NCBI RefSeq assembly: GCF_037042905.1
Contig: NC_087246.1
Location: 4,342,001 to 4,406,000, forward strand
Origin: Lytechinus pictus
Lineage: Eukaryota
Length of the DNA stretch: 64,000 nt
Reading direction: 5' to 3'
The notes below the pieces were generated by a model. The model searched no databases. It was not told the origin of the DNA and saw only the letters and a list, made by a program, of their open reading frames with translations. The stretch's first letter is position 1; each line of letters begins with the position of its first letter. The position numbers were made by a program, and so were the translations under genes. Positions 35,681 to 49,718 of this stretch are shown here, one piece after another.

Positions 35681-38298
35681 ATGCCTCCAAAATATCCATG
35701 TATTTATTGCTAGAAAACATTTAGAAATAATCAGAATGCTATGCTTTGTATTAACTGTAAAAACTGGGGACATTTGGATTGCTCTGGCATGTCATTACCA
35801 TTTTTCAGATCAAACACCGACTGGAAATGCGATTGTTGTCTGTGGAAAGAGCTACCCCTTCATAAATGTTCCAATCAATCTGTGTTAATGAACTTAAATA
35901 ATTCTGATTTAGATCAGACAGACTTAAATCTAGCAGATAATACAGTAAACATGTCAGTCCATAATGAGAGTTGGAACTCTAATCACTTATATTTCCAAGT
36001 AGACACTAAGGGACTTAAAGTTGCCCATTTAAACATTAGAAGTCTTCGCAATAAAATTGTTGATATACAATGTTTTCTTAAGCGCTGTCCATGTCATCTA
36101 ATGTCATTGTCTGAAACCTGGTTAGATGAGACTATTGACAGTAATGAATGCTATATTGAAGGTTTTTCATACTTGGAGAGAAAAGACAGAGGTTAATTGT
36201 TAAGGTGGCGGAGTTTGCTGTTATATTCAACAAGGCGTACCTTATATTAGGAGGCACGATCTTGAAAGTAAAAATTTAGAATTGATCTGGAATGAACTAT
36301 AGCCAAAAAATGAAGCCAGTTTGTATGTGATCATCATTATTTTATCGAAAACCGAATTGCACCTCATCTTTCTTTGATGAATTAGATAATAATCTTGAAC
36401 AAGTATTTTCATTCTCAGAAAGAATAATATTAGCGAACTGATAGACAAGAGTAATGACGCTATCAAAAGACTTCGTGAAGTACATTCACGTTTCACTTTT
36501 AAAGAGATAACTGTTGACTTTGTAAGGAAGGAATTGAATAACACCAAAAATCTGTAGGCCTTGACGACGTCCACCCGAGATTGTTAAAACTCAGCGCACA
36601 ATCGGTTATCATTCCTCTTGTGTGCATTTTCAACCAGTCCATACAATCTGGACAAATTCCCAATGATTTTAAGCTGGCTAAAGTAATCCCTATTCCCAAA
36701 ACAAAGACTGCTAACGAACTCAACCATTTTCGCCCCATCTCCCTTCTCTCGATCGTTTCCAAAATTTTAGAAAGAGCGGTCCACTCCCTATTAATGGAAT
36801 ATCTTCACCACGAAGAATTGATGTTTCATCGGCAGTCAGGTTTTAGACGTAAACATTCCACCTCGACGTGCCTAACATAGTTTTTTGTATATGTTATACG
36901 ATAACATTGACAAAGGCCGAGTAAAAGGTGCTCTGTTTTTTTTTTTTTATACTTTAGAATAGCCTTTGATATTATCCCTCACGATATCCTTATCAAGAAA
37001 TTATATTATTTTGGAATAAGAAATATAGAGTTAAAATGGTTTGAATCATACTTAATTGGAAGAAAGCAATGTGTGTCATATAAAGGCACTACTAGTGATT
37101 TTCTGTCTGTTCATTAAGGAGTACCACAGACGGTTCAATTTTGTGCCCTCTACTGTTTTGTATGTTCATTAATGACATTAGTAATTTAACCGTGCATTCT
37201 AATACTAATATTTCTCTGTATGCAGAAGATACTGCAATATTCATGATATTCTCTTCTGGATATGGTGTTAAAGCTGTTCAAACACAGAAGTGTTTTAAGT
37301 AAATGGTTAAAAGAAAATGGTTTGGTTGTTAATACATATAAAACGAAAATTATGTTATTTTCAAGTCGGAGGAAGGTACACCCAGTCAAGTTACAGATAT
37401 ATGGTAAATCCAAAAAAAATTTAACTAAATTTAAATATCTGGGTGTCACCTTCAGTCATATTCTGGACTGGTCTTTTCACGTCAGTTCCATCAATAAAAA
37501 ATTCATGAATTTTACAATGTTCTATAACATGCATGCGGAGAATCAGGCACTGTCTGGCAAAAAACGTACTCGCCCATTTGTACTTTTCTTTAATCCTTCC
37601 TCATATCGACTACTGTTTTTACTGTTTGGGGATCATTAAAAGTGAAAGATTTGCAGCGACTACAGAAGTGTCAAAACAAATATTGTCGTTTGGTATTAGA
37701 TGCCGACTTTTATACCCCAGTCCCGAATATGTTGCACTCTCTGAAATTGAAATTTGTTAAAAATAGAGTGAATTATAATTACCAAGTATACTTATGTATA
37801 AAGCTTTAAACGGTCTTGCTCCTGGTTATTTAATGCAAACAATGCCTCTGAGACCTAATCATTATCAAGATTACTAGATCAATCTCATCACAAAAATTGT
37901 ATCTCGCAAAACCAAGAACCGAGTATAAAGCAGTCGTTCTCCTATACATGTATAGCAGCAAAACTATAACTTATTTCCAGTACCAAGTGCTCTGCTTCAC
38001 TTCCTATCTTTAAACGAAACGTCCGTAAATTCCAAGTAAGCTAATATTTTTTCTACTGTTTTTTGTCATAGTATGTATAGGCCTTAACCCCCCATTGTCA
38101 TTTGTTTATTATGTATATATATTATTTTTGTATTGAGTATTTTAATTGTACATGTTATAATCCCGTTTGTAATTGTGATTGTGTAATATAATGTTCGAAT
38201 TGTGAATGATATCAGGGCTCCCTTGTAAAGCAGGCCTGTGGCTTGAATGGGACTACCCTGCTCTTTATAAAGAAAACGTGAATAATAATTATAATAAA
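35681..38298 (+). mobile_element. Decayed CR1/L2-group LINE: PHD finger + APE endonuclease + RT, internally deleted
   Basis: MPPKYPCIYC*K...MLCINCKNWGHLDC...WKCDCC (PHD), GLKVAHLNIRSL / SLSETWL (APE), FRPISLLSIVSKILE, QSGFR, GVPQ, YAED; many stops and frameshifts; 3' stem and (AAT)n tail. Confidence 0.9.
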
Positions 38299-39049
38299 GG
38301 AAACCTTTGTTAAACAACCAATTTTGTTACATGTTAATTCGGAATCGTTTCCTTTTTTTAGAAATATCACATTCCAAACTCAAGATGGGAAAACAAGGAG
38401 TTCTAATCATGAAATTATATTGCTTTTATCGAATCTTGCTGATGTTGAACATCAGTTATTCTTTTGTCCCATCCACACGAAGCTCAATAATATAAATTTG
38501 TTACATTCTATGTTGGAATGTGATATGAGCAGACTCGTGAAATTCGAGAAGGACGTTGAATTAATAGGTTGGCAGGTATGATTTAATAACGAAAATGGGA
38601 ATGATAAAATGAAAATAGAATACAGACCTCAGCATTTCAGTTATTTGCTTTTGAAAATGAAGGACAGAAAAGAAGGTTTCATTCTTTGTTCAAATGGAAC
38701 GATTTAAACTAGGAATCTCTAGCCCAAAGAATGTTTATCTTTCCGAGCTTCCGTTCACTCCTTTATGTACAAATGCTAACTCTATGTTGCGTATAGTAAT
38801 ACGTAAAGTGAGTGACAGCTTTTGCCTATTCTATTCCCAGTGATATGGTAATCATGCTTTTAACACTAAATCCATTTAAATGTATAGCCTGATATTGTAT
38901 AAGGAAAGCAGGAAGAAATGACCTCTTCGTGGCCTGTATTTTTTTGTCTAAATAGCATGTTGAAGTATTTTGCCGTATAATGTTGGCTCCTCCTCTTTCT
39001 CCTCCTCCACTCTGCCTCTCGACTCAATTATGTCAAAATAATTATACCC

Positions 39050-41927
39050 GACAGCATACATATTGGTGTAATCTTCGAAGATTTAAACGCAGAACACTTG
39101 GTCCGATGCGCCAATTATAAAGACGTCTTCCTGCGATAAAGAGGTATACACTTCACCATTATTACTCATGGCACCTCGTGGCAGGAGAAGGGATTTGATA
39201 GCAAAGCTTGTGACGTGGTTTGATGCCGAGATGACTTCACTAAGTGGAGAATGCGTAGATGACTCGCCTTGGTAACGGTGAGACTCAATGTCCAAGCTTT
39301 TTATCTTGTGTTCACTTAGTTTGATTTAGTATGAAAACGGAGCGTGTGTGTCGCGATATATGGAGTGGTAGATGTGACAATCATCACTCTGTGAGCTGAT
39401 ATCGTTGGTTAACTCTATTGGTGTTGATGATGGTTGCCTATCTTTATGCTTTATACCTTGATCAGTTGCGGATCCAGCCTTCGCCAATAGGGGGGGGGGG
39501 GGGCCCGGATTTTTTAAAGCCATATTTTCCCCGATCGGCTGCTTGAAGATGATTTTTTTGGTTACTTTGATGGGGCAGTCCTAATAGTCACTTCTTAGCT
39601 TTATTCTTATAAATCAAATAAATATATCATAATCCTTATTTAAATGATGCGAGCGCGAAGCGCGAGCAAATTTTTTTTTGGAATTATTATGTATTTTTCC
39701 TAAAATTTGAACATTCTGGGCAATGTTTGTTATCCTTATAAAAAGATGTGTATGCAACTAAATAATTACTACGAACGCGAAGCGCGAGCAGAAATGTACT
39801 GATGGAAAAGATACCTATTAAAGACTGCATGCAGTTAGCCATGAAGATATTTTAAAAATCAAATAATGCGAGCGCGAAGCGCGAGCTGATTTTTTTTTAC
39901 ATTTTTACCCAAACAATGGAAATTCTATGCACTTTTTGTAACAGAATAGGTATATAACCAAACAATTGATGCGAGCGCGAAGCGCGAGCGGAAAATTTCG
40001 AGATTTAGACCCACTGACCGAGACACTATTCATGTTTTGTAAATCATGAAAAGGATGAGTGATTGGGGATCTTCCTTACATTGATAATGCGAGCGCAAAG
40101 CGCGAGCAGAACATTTTTTATATACGTTTTGAACTGATCGAAAAGATACCTGTTAAAGACTGCTTGCACTTAGCCATGAAGAGGTTACATAAGTATTTCA
40201 ACAATCAAATAATGCGAGCGCGAAGCGCGAGCTGAAATTTTTTGACATTTCTACATAAAGAATGGAAAATTTTAATCATTTTTTGTTATCATGAAAAGGA
40301 TAGCTATATAGGCCTAACTAAACAATTGATGCGAGCGCGAAGCGCGAGCGGAGCATTTCGAGATTTAGACCTACTGAACGAGACACTCTATTCATGTTTG
40401 GTAAATCATGAAAAGGATGAGTAATTGGGGATCTTCCAATTACATCAATAATGCGAGCACAAAGCGCGAGCAGAAATTTTTTATATTGTGATCTGAAACT
40501 AGATGATTTAAATAGAGAACAAGTTGAGTATCTGAATAAACATGCGCGCGCGTGTTTCATATTTAGACCTAGAATCTAGGCATTCTAAATACATATTTTA
40601 TCATGAAAATCAAAGCGAGCGCGAAGCGCGAGCTTAAACTATTAGACATTTCGATCTGGAAATAAAAGGTCAATTTTAGCTCTATATTTCAAGCACTTTT
40701 TAGGAAAATTGTGAGGTGGATATGAATCGCACTTTACAAAGAGCTGATATTAGTCTTACTTTAAGTTTTGACACAGGACCGGGACATCCTTTTATAGGAC
40801 ATGTCATCATATAAAAATGACGACTATGTTCCTATTCCTCTTGCTAAGCGCGAGATGAAACAAAAAGGAAAATTTTAATTATTAGATTAATATCTTATTC
40901 ATTAATGCCTAATGAGGGCGCGAAATCTGATGATAATATAGCCTGAAAAATGGACATTACAAGCACTTTTGTAATCATCAAAGGATGCATCCGTTAATAT
41001 ATTTTCAACCACTAATACGAGCGCAAATTGCGAGCCAAAATTTTTGATAAACTGTCATGAAAAGGGGATTTTAAGTAGTTTGTTTTATAATCAATATTGA
41101 GATATACATAACTCGCCAATCAAAATGCGAGCGTGCAGCGCTAGCTGATTCGTTTTGACAATCAGACCTGAAAAGGGATATTTTGAGAACTTTATGGAAT
41201 GCACGAAAATAATAGGTACCTGATAAATCAAAATTTGCGAGCGCGCAGCGCGAGCAGAAAATATTAATATTCAGACCATAAAACTGACATTTTTACAGAG
41301 CACTTTTTAAAAATCAATTTGTAAATTGAAAATTCAAAATAATGAAAGTTCGATTTCCGAGGTGAAATATGTTTCGTATATTGACTTCCAAACTTGATAT
41401 TTAAACTCCATATTGAACAAGATATGAAAATCACCTAATAGGCAATGCGAGCGCGAAGCGCGAGCGAAAATTTTATATAGTGACATGAAATATTCTTTTT
41501 ATTTTCCAAGTCTTCCCCTCATCTAATTTTTTTTCACTCGTCTTCCTCCTCTTCTTTTTTCTCCTCTCTTTCCCCCCCTTTTTTTTCCCTTTCCTTTTTT
41601 CCCCTTTTTTGCTCCGCCAATAGGGGGGGGGGCGGGCCCCCGGCCCCCCCCTGGATCCGCCTATGTTGATTGTTAGTTGTTGGCGTGTTGCTGGTCATGT
41701 ATGTTGTAGAGCTATCTGTAATCAATGAACCTTTAAGAAAACTTAGTTGGATCCATTGTACTTTGAACAGACCGTGATATCGAATTTACCTCGGAAACAA
41801 TGGTTTTCATAATACTGCACTGGCTATATGAAGTCGCGAATTTTAGCATCATAGTTTACTAACAACTTTGAATTTGAAACCGTTGTGATTTTTGCTTTTG
41901 AACTCGACGTTATTTGATTTTGTTAAC
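39050..41927 (-). pseudogene. Ser/Thr-rich degenerate exon interrupted by a DNA transposon
   Basis: Removing 39463-41665 plus one TSD joins ...TTYMTSNTPTTNNQ|GIKHKDRQPSSTPIELTNDISSQ... in frame; frame continues through single stops to ...EDVFIIGASDQVFCV*; acceptor cacttacag| near 41927. Confidence 0.5.
39463..41665. mobile_element. 2.2-kb non-autonomous DNA transposon (hAT5-like) with GCGAGCGCGAAGCGCGAGC repeats
   Basis: TIR cagttgcggatccag / ctggatccgcctatg; 5-bp TSD TTGAT on both sides; internal 360-bp duplication (39961 vs 40321). Confidence 0.85.
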
Positions 41928-42039
41928 TGTAAGTGATATGTAAGGTGCTACATGAGTGTTTGTTTAATCAGAAATACTTTTCAGTACCGTACCTCATTAT
42001 TGTTTATTAATGATAATGGGTTCTTACATGTTTGTCCAA

Positions 42040-43815
42040 GAATAAAACGAATCCGAGAAGTAATGATCCTTTTTCATAGATTAATCACATATATTATTGC
42101 CCATATTTTCAAAAATATTAGAACGATGTGTTTATAACCGGATCTTAAATTCTCTAAATAAACACAACATATTGTATTGCAATCAATTCCGATTGAGACC
42201 ACAACATTCAACTTCATCTGCCCTTTAATATTGAATTTATTCATTATGTATCTAATGCTATTGACACCAAACAAACAACTATTAGCTTATTTCTCGATTT
42301 ATCAAAAGCCTTTGACTGTCTTGACCATAAATTATTATTGTATAAACTTAACTGCTATGGAATAAGAGGTACAGCTTTAAAATGGGTTAACATCATTTGT
42401 CGGGGCGTAAACAATATACTATTTATAAAAGCATAATTCTGAATCTAAGATCATAATGCATGGTGTTCCTCAAGGGTCAATCTTAGGTCCCCTTATATTT
42501 TTAATATATTTAGATGATATCAGATTTACTTCCAAAAAGTTGCATTTTACAATATTTGCTGACGATACAACAATTTCCCTGTCAAATGATAATGTAAATA
42601 AATTATATGAAAATCTCAATCTAGAATTAATTCATGTAGAAGAATGGTTAGTCAAGAATAAACTCATAATACATATTTCTAAAACAACATTAATGATATT
42701 TTCAAATCGCCACTTCAATCCCAACGATGTTAGGATATATCTCAGCAGTAAGGAAATTCGACACACATCTTACACAAAATTTCTTGGCATCCAACTTGAC
42801 GATAAACTCTCCTGGTCCAATCACGTTAATTATTTATGTTCGATTATTTCCAGAAATATAGGTTTAATGAACAAATTAAATTTCCTTCCCCAAAACATAT
42901 TACTCAACCTTTATTATACAATGGTTTATCCATATTTCATTTATTGTAATGTTGTATGGGCCACCGCAGCCAATAATAACCTAAATGTGTTAAGATTATT
43001 TAAATTACAGAAAAGAGCAGTAAGAATAATATGCAAAACTTCATTTAATGCCCACACTAGTGTCCTTTTAAAAGATAAAAAAAATCCTGAGTGTCTTTGA
43101 CCTTTATAAAATATCCCTTGGATCATTTATGTATTCTTGTCACAAAAAGATAATTCCTGAATCACTAAGCAGATATTTTTGTCTCTATACTTCTACCCTT
43201 TCTCACCAAACTCGTAGACAATTTGACTTTCACATGCCCTCCGTCCGTACTTCTTTTACTAAAAAAACTATAATGTATTCAGGTCCCAAATTATGGAACT
43301 CTCTTCCCCCTACACTTAAAAATAGTTTATCCCTTGATAGTTTTCATTGTTAGTACAAAGAAATTCTGTTAACAACGTTCGCATCCAAATAACAACTAAG
43401 TAATTGTAACATGACTATAATTTCTGTGCTTGCCCTTCTCCTACACTTATTCTCACTAATTTCACCTGTCGATTTTCTGTGACCCTCCACATACGCTAGT
43501 CCTTTACCCTTTTTCTATCATTTTCCTAGAAAGGCAAACACTTCATTTTAACTTTGTTAATGTTTGTTTTTCCCTTGTATGCTTTTGTCTTTGAATATTA
43601 TATTTGTATCCCTTCTTTTTCTTTCTTTACTGGGCTGGAACTTCTAAGATCCAACAGATCTGAAGTGCCAGTCCACACTCGAAACCTGTTTTGTGCACTA
43701 TTTACTGTATTATCACCTTCGTTACTTTGTTTTGTTCTTTCTTGTCATTATGTATTTCTTATTTACCTGTATATGTGTTATATTTATCGAGTGAAATAAA
43801 ATGAATTGAATTGAA
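42040..43815 (+). mobile_element. Decayed 5'-truncated L2/CR1-group LINE
   Basis: FLDLSKAFD, GVPQGSILGPLIFLIY, FADDT, KFLG, LQKRAVRII, GPKLWNSLP; (GAATT)n tail at ~43803-43815. Confidence 0.9.
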
Positions 43816-46172
43816 TATGATGGACAAAAGACTCATTATTGTATAGCTTAGAGTTTCCACTTTCATCAGATAAAAATTGTAATGATTATTGATTCACGCA
43901 TGAGTAAGTAAAAACAATCTCATTTTACCGAATATTATCTAAACTTCGATAAGAATATTACACGTCTCTAAAGTTTGATATCCACTCCTCAAAAAAAGAA
44001 AATATGATCTGGTAATAATTAATTTCAATAATTTCATTGAATGGAGAAATCTTATAGGCTATATTTTTTGACGACCAGCCAGTCTTTTGTTAATAATGTG
44101 TTAGCTCTGGTAGGCAATCAGTGGAAACGCATTTGTTGAAATAATGTATGGAAAAGTTGCATTATTTCAAAGAAAGATAATTTTGTTTATCCTTGATTAG
44201 TTTCCCGATTGGCGTATCAAAGTAGAGAACAGATATCAGGAACTCTTTTTGACATTTTCTTTATGAAATTCAGATACCACCCGCGGTCCGTCAAGTGACA
44301 TTTTGGTATTATTTATTCAATTTGATTTTGCCCTCTCATACCTCAAGAAGAATTATCTAAGTTTGCTAGATGAAAGGAGCGAACTCTAAGCTTTACATAA
44401 TAGGCAATTTATCTATCTTGTTTGTCATGAAGTTATAATAAACCATCGATAATTCTCGGTTTTGTTTTTTCATGGGACGCACATCTGTTTTTTTACACTT
44501 GTAACGCTTCACACTATACTGAAATTTAGAAAACTTTTATTTGAAATAGCTTTGCTTCGTATAACGCGCATTTGCATTTCAAAGATTATATATATTCACG
44601 GTAAACACTTTCCTGACTTGGGTCGAGTGTGGCAAATGTAGACAAATGTCTCAACAAAAGGCCTTAGTGTAGAAACAGGATATGAACAATTATGATGAAG
44701 ACTAATGAGTAGCTCTTATACAATTAGACATTTGATTAATTGAGCAGAGTACCAATGACAACTCTCAGTTCGGGATCTTAACGTACAACTTTTCTTGATC
44801 ATTGATTCTTTAGCAACGATGTTGAAATCTTTCTTAAACAATAAATAAATATATGATATATTAAAAAAACGAGAAAAAGTACTAGCTTCAAGATTTTGAA
44901 GGTCATAACATTAATATAGCTGTTTGAAAACTATTTTCTAAAAACAATGACGTATTTACGAGTTTGACCCAGTAAATCTACTGGTTGAAATCCAATATAA
45001 ACACCTAAACACATTTTCTCGCATACCTTCGAAAGTTTCTGTGAGATTGAAAGTTTATAGAACCTTTTTATGTTTCCTATTTCTATCATATCATATCATT
45101 TTCCAAGATAAATTTCTCCTTGTGATTTCATGCAAATTGCTAATACTTGCAGTCAAAAATAAAAGAAACATGCTTCTATACATTAATTATGTACGAATGA
45201 ATTACATTGTATTGGTTAACTTAATTCGTATCAAAATATAATAGCGGATTAATGTAATATGTGACATTGTATAACTGTGAGAAGCGTTAGAGTGGCATGC
45301 ATATTAACGAATGGCAAAGGCAAATACAATCATCTATGAATAGTATACACCATATTATTAGGATTGGTAGATTTGTTATGATTTACAGAAAATACTGTAT
45401 ATTAATGCGAATCAAAACTACATAAATTACAGAAGAGTAAATGGTACAATTACAAGATGTCGTAGTGGATCCTAATGATTGGTTGCGCGCGCGGTTGTGA
45501 CCTGTCATACTTGAGCTAACGTGAAGTTTTACTTAAATGACAGAGAGTGTTGACGAGTGTTGGTTTCTAAATGTTGTCCTCGTCTATCAATCCGGTATGT
45601 ACATGTAATTCTTACATGAATAATGTTTATTATTTTTATGGACCATCCTCATCTCAAAACCATTAACGGCCAATAGCTCCCAGTCATTAATCAGTATCGG
45701 TTGTTAGCAAATTGTCTTACTTGCTTAAAGAAATAACTGATAAAGTGATAGATTTCGGCCAATCGTTCGATTACGATTCATACCACCTTTTTATAATGTA
45801 ATATATTGACAGCGCAAGCGAAGAGAGAGAGATAGAGGGGGCGATTTTTGTTTACTTTCTCATAACATAGATCACGAATATTGGCTTGAAAATGAGAATG
45901 CGAGTTAAAAATGATTAAAAGATTGGTCTGGTATTTGACCTGAATTTGATCAGCTACCATTGTCTTCGATATGTTTATCTCTTAAACAAAACAAGAATAA
46001 AAAACAAACAATTACACTTATTGATTTAAGATAGAAACAACTATTTTTTTAAATTTGCCTGTGGCATTCATTGCTGGTGATTTCAGCTGCAATATGTTGC
46101 AAATCACTTGGGATTATTATATAGGCCCACGAGTCGGATGTAAGATTTTCACCTGATCAGAATGGAATATGG

Positions 46173-46419
46173 AATAATAATAATAATAATAATAACGTTT
46201 TATTTACCCAGGGTAGCCACTTCAATCATAAGACTGCTCTTCCAGCGGGCCCTGCATAACATAATATGTTATTATTACCCTTCTCCAGTCTAAATGCTGA
46301 ACGCCAAGCAAGAAGGCAGAAGGTCCCATTTTTATAAGTCTTTGGTATGACTCGGCCGAGGATCGAACCCACGACCTCCCGTTCATGAGGCGGACGCTCT
46401 ACCACTGAGCCACCATGCC
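46173..46419 (-). mobile_element. Near-complete tRNA-derived SINE
   Basis: Minus strand A-box TGGCTCAGTGG, B-box GGTTCGATCC, body GAGTCATACCAAAGACTT, (TTA)n tail. Confidence 0.85.
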
Positions 46420-46749
46420 ATCATGTAAAATCCTACTCCTTTAAAATACGTCAAAGCGGGTATATGGCACCAGCTGTCACAAAGATTGATTTACTAATGC
46501 TCATTTAGGATTTATTTTATGTTGATTTCCTGGTGGAATTAAACCGATAAATTGCATCTTTAATGTAATTTAGATACATAATAATCAAGACGAATTAAAG
46601 TTATTGTGATCTTATCTCTCAAGCAATAGTTTAAGATATAATATCAGAAATATAAATGAATGTACTTTTCTTTTTCTTTTTTGAAATCACCAATTATTCT
46701 TAACATTCTCGAAGGTTTTCGATTATTAACTATTTCTATTTTTTTATTA

Positions 46750-46940
46750 TAGACTCTGACTCGTATACGACGAGTCGTGATTATTTGTTCTGACTCGTAT
46801 ATGGTGAGTCGTGATTACTGTCTCTGACTCGAATGTGGCGAGTCGTCATTATATAGACTCTGACTCGTATACGGTGAATTGTGACTATATACTGGCTCTA
46901 ACTCATATACGATGAGAGAATATTGTGTCTGACTCGTATA
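46750..46940. repeat. ~35-bp tandem repeat with internal hairpin (TGACTCGTATACGACGAGTCG)
   Basis: About 6 degenerate copies visible. Confidence 0.8.
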
Positions 46941-48034
46941 ACTGTCACTTAGTCATGATATGCTTGCAGTGATTCGCCAGGACAAGACCGTAAAAAACGT
47001 TAATTTGGATAATATACAAAATAAAACAAGCATTACAATGCAAATTTTATCGAGATCCGATGCAAAAATAAGAAGATTCTAATACTTCAATATATACGCA
47101 AATGCGGAGAGAGGTGCAGCAGTCATTGACTTTTTTTTAAATTTTTGTTTATCTAATGGATGTCAGGGGGTTAGAGATAAGTGAAAAGTTAACGAATATA
47201 TTTAGATGAGAAGGTTAAGGTCCCGAAAAAATAAAAAAACGTGTTTTTGTTTGAAATATTTGACTTTAGCCTATCGAAAGATTATTCGCATAACACACAT
47301 TATGGTTGCTATTATTGTGCTATAACTACTAGTATGTGATGGTCGTCTCTCCCCCCTCTCTCTCTATCTGGTTCTCGAACACACATACACACACACACAC
47401 CCTCACACACATCCTCGCGCACACTTTCTGTCCGTAACCTGTCTTTCTTTCATTTCTTTATTATACCTCTCTAATTATTAGTTGGAATATTATTAAATGT
47501 GTTTTGCCTTGAGGAATGAATTTTAATTGCTATCTGAATAATTATAATCGCGCTAGTCTGTGCATATGTGTGGGTGTGACATAGAGAGGGACAGGAGTTC
47601 TAAAACTATAAATGCGCTTAAATATATTTAGAGTAATTTTACATGATGATACAGTTATTGTTGAAAATTATCCAATTTATCGATATGAAAAAAAGAAATC
47701 TGAAAGTATATTAATATACTCCAAACCACAGTGCGCATGCTGCAATATCATCCACGAATTTTTAGAAATAGTCTTACACAATATGAAAAATAGGTTCAAC
47801 TTTGCATCTTTAAAGGTGCAGACCAGATGTCACACTGGGCGCACCTTTAGGATGCAACTTTGTACCTTTTTTGGAAAGGTGCACTTTGCACCTATCTGAT
47901 AGGTGCAAATTAGGGAAAGAGTTCCAAATGTACCCCCACCAAAAATAACAATAGATTGTCGATACTTCCGGTTTGTTCACTTTATTTTTTTTTAACAAAT
48001 GCACACCTAGTTACCAATAATGCATTTCTATTTA

Positions 48035-48167
48035 TTTGAAAGCAGGATAAAAGAGCATTGTAGATTAAATGCCTCGCTCAAGGGCATAGGTGCCGCGGCC
48101 GGGGATCGAACCACGGACTTTCCATGTATAGCCAGGCGCCTTAGACCACTCGACCACGGCACCTCCT
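48035..48167 (-). mobile_element. tRNA-derived SINE 5' half
   Basis: A-box TGGTCGAGTGG, B-box GGTTCGATCC, followed by TGCCCTTGAGCGAGGCA. Confidence 0.75.
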
Positions 48168-48993
48168 AGATTTAGATTTTACTATGGATATGCCGAAAGT
48201 TCGACTAGTCTAATCTTACAGACCCTTTACTTACTAATAAACCGATTGCACGCACTATAGATCCTGCTCGAAAATTTGACGTAATAAAGCCATATTTTGG
48301 TATGTATTTCCACTCTCACATCATGTATTTTGTACTACGGCTAGATTTATTATTTTGAACCTTTTCCATATTTTAATTTTTTAATTTAGTGGGGGAACAT
48401 ATGGAATTTTCCCCCAAATAAGCACCTATAAGGTGCAGAATGTCACCCCATATCAGGATGCCACCGTGCCTGGCCGCCCGCATCGTCTATTTGGCCAAAT
48501 GGTTACGGAATTCTTTTGCGATGCACATAATCACAGTAAGTGATTTCTTACTCTACCTTAATTGCAACGTTTGGTTCCCCGAATATAACGATTTACCAAA
48601 AGCTTACTGAAACAGTAACTAAAATGACTGTCTCTGCCAAACGACCCAATTCCCCCAATAAAAATATGAAAAAACATGCTTAAACCACTTTTTACAAGTA
48701 CTCTTCCCAAAACAATCAGACAAGGGTAACAAGTTCATATGCGAATTATGCAATTATCTTGGTGATTTACAGACCCCTCAACACGTAAGATTTCTATGTA
48801 GTTTGTTCCCAGACCCTATAAACTCTATATGACATTATTTACGAGCAATTTCGCAAGTAAAACATAGTTTTGTTGTCATTACATGTTTACAATACGCACA
48901 CTCTTACACACACACACACACACACCCTCTCTCTCACACACACACACACACTCAATAATACGAGAAAAAGCTTCTTTTTTTCATTGCTGAGCA

Positions 48994-49718
48994 GGTTCAA
49001 CTTTGTTTCATGAAACAAAGTTGTTATTTATAAATAATGAAACACGATAAATTTTCATTATTTATAAATAATGAGGTAGATATTTCATTATTCAACAAAT
49101 AATCGTTATTTATAAATAATGGAAACTCAAACATTAAATAATGATTATTTACAAATAATGAGAATAATGGCGCACTCGAAAAAATTATTTATAAATAATG
49201 AAGTGGACGTTTTCATTATTTAACAAATAATCATTATTTATAAATAATGGGAAACTCAACAAATTATTTATAAATAAAGAAATGTGCACTACTGGCATTG
49301 TTAATAAATAACTATTATTTATAAATAATAGAAAACTTTTCAAACTTATTTATAAATAATAAAAAACAAATAATCATTATTTATAAATAATGAAAAACAA
49401 ATAATCATTATTTATAAATAATGAAAAACAAATAATCATTATTTATAAATAATGAAAAACAAATAATCATTATTTATAAATAATGAAAAACAAATAATCA
49501 TTATTTATAAATAATGGAATGTCGAACTATTATTATTTACAAATAATGAAGTTTTACTTGGAATTATATATAAATAATTAGAAATGTTATATTATATAAT
49601 AGTAATTATTTACAAATAAAATGAAAATTATATATAAATAATAGTTATTATTTAATAAATAATGATTATATAACAAATAATTGTTCTATATAATATTGGT
49701 ACAATCGGCGCCTCATAG
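48994..49718. mobile_element. AT-rich insertion built from ATTATTTATAAATAAT palindromes, with ~30-bp tandem array (49368-49515)
   Basis: Flanked by near-identical 10-mers TTGCTGAGCA / TTACTGAGCA. Confidence 0.55.

Noticed and set aside
46330..46419. tRNA gene
   Set aside because: A/B boxes are present but the acceptor stem is not intact, and it continues into a SINE body and tail; the same applies to 48090-48167
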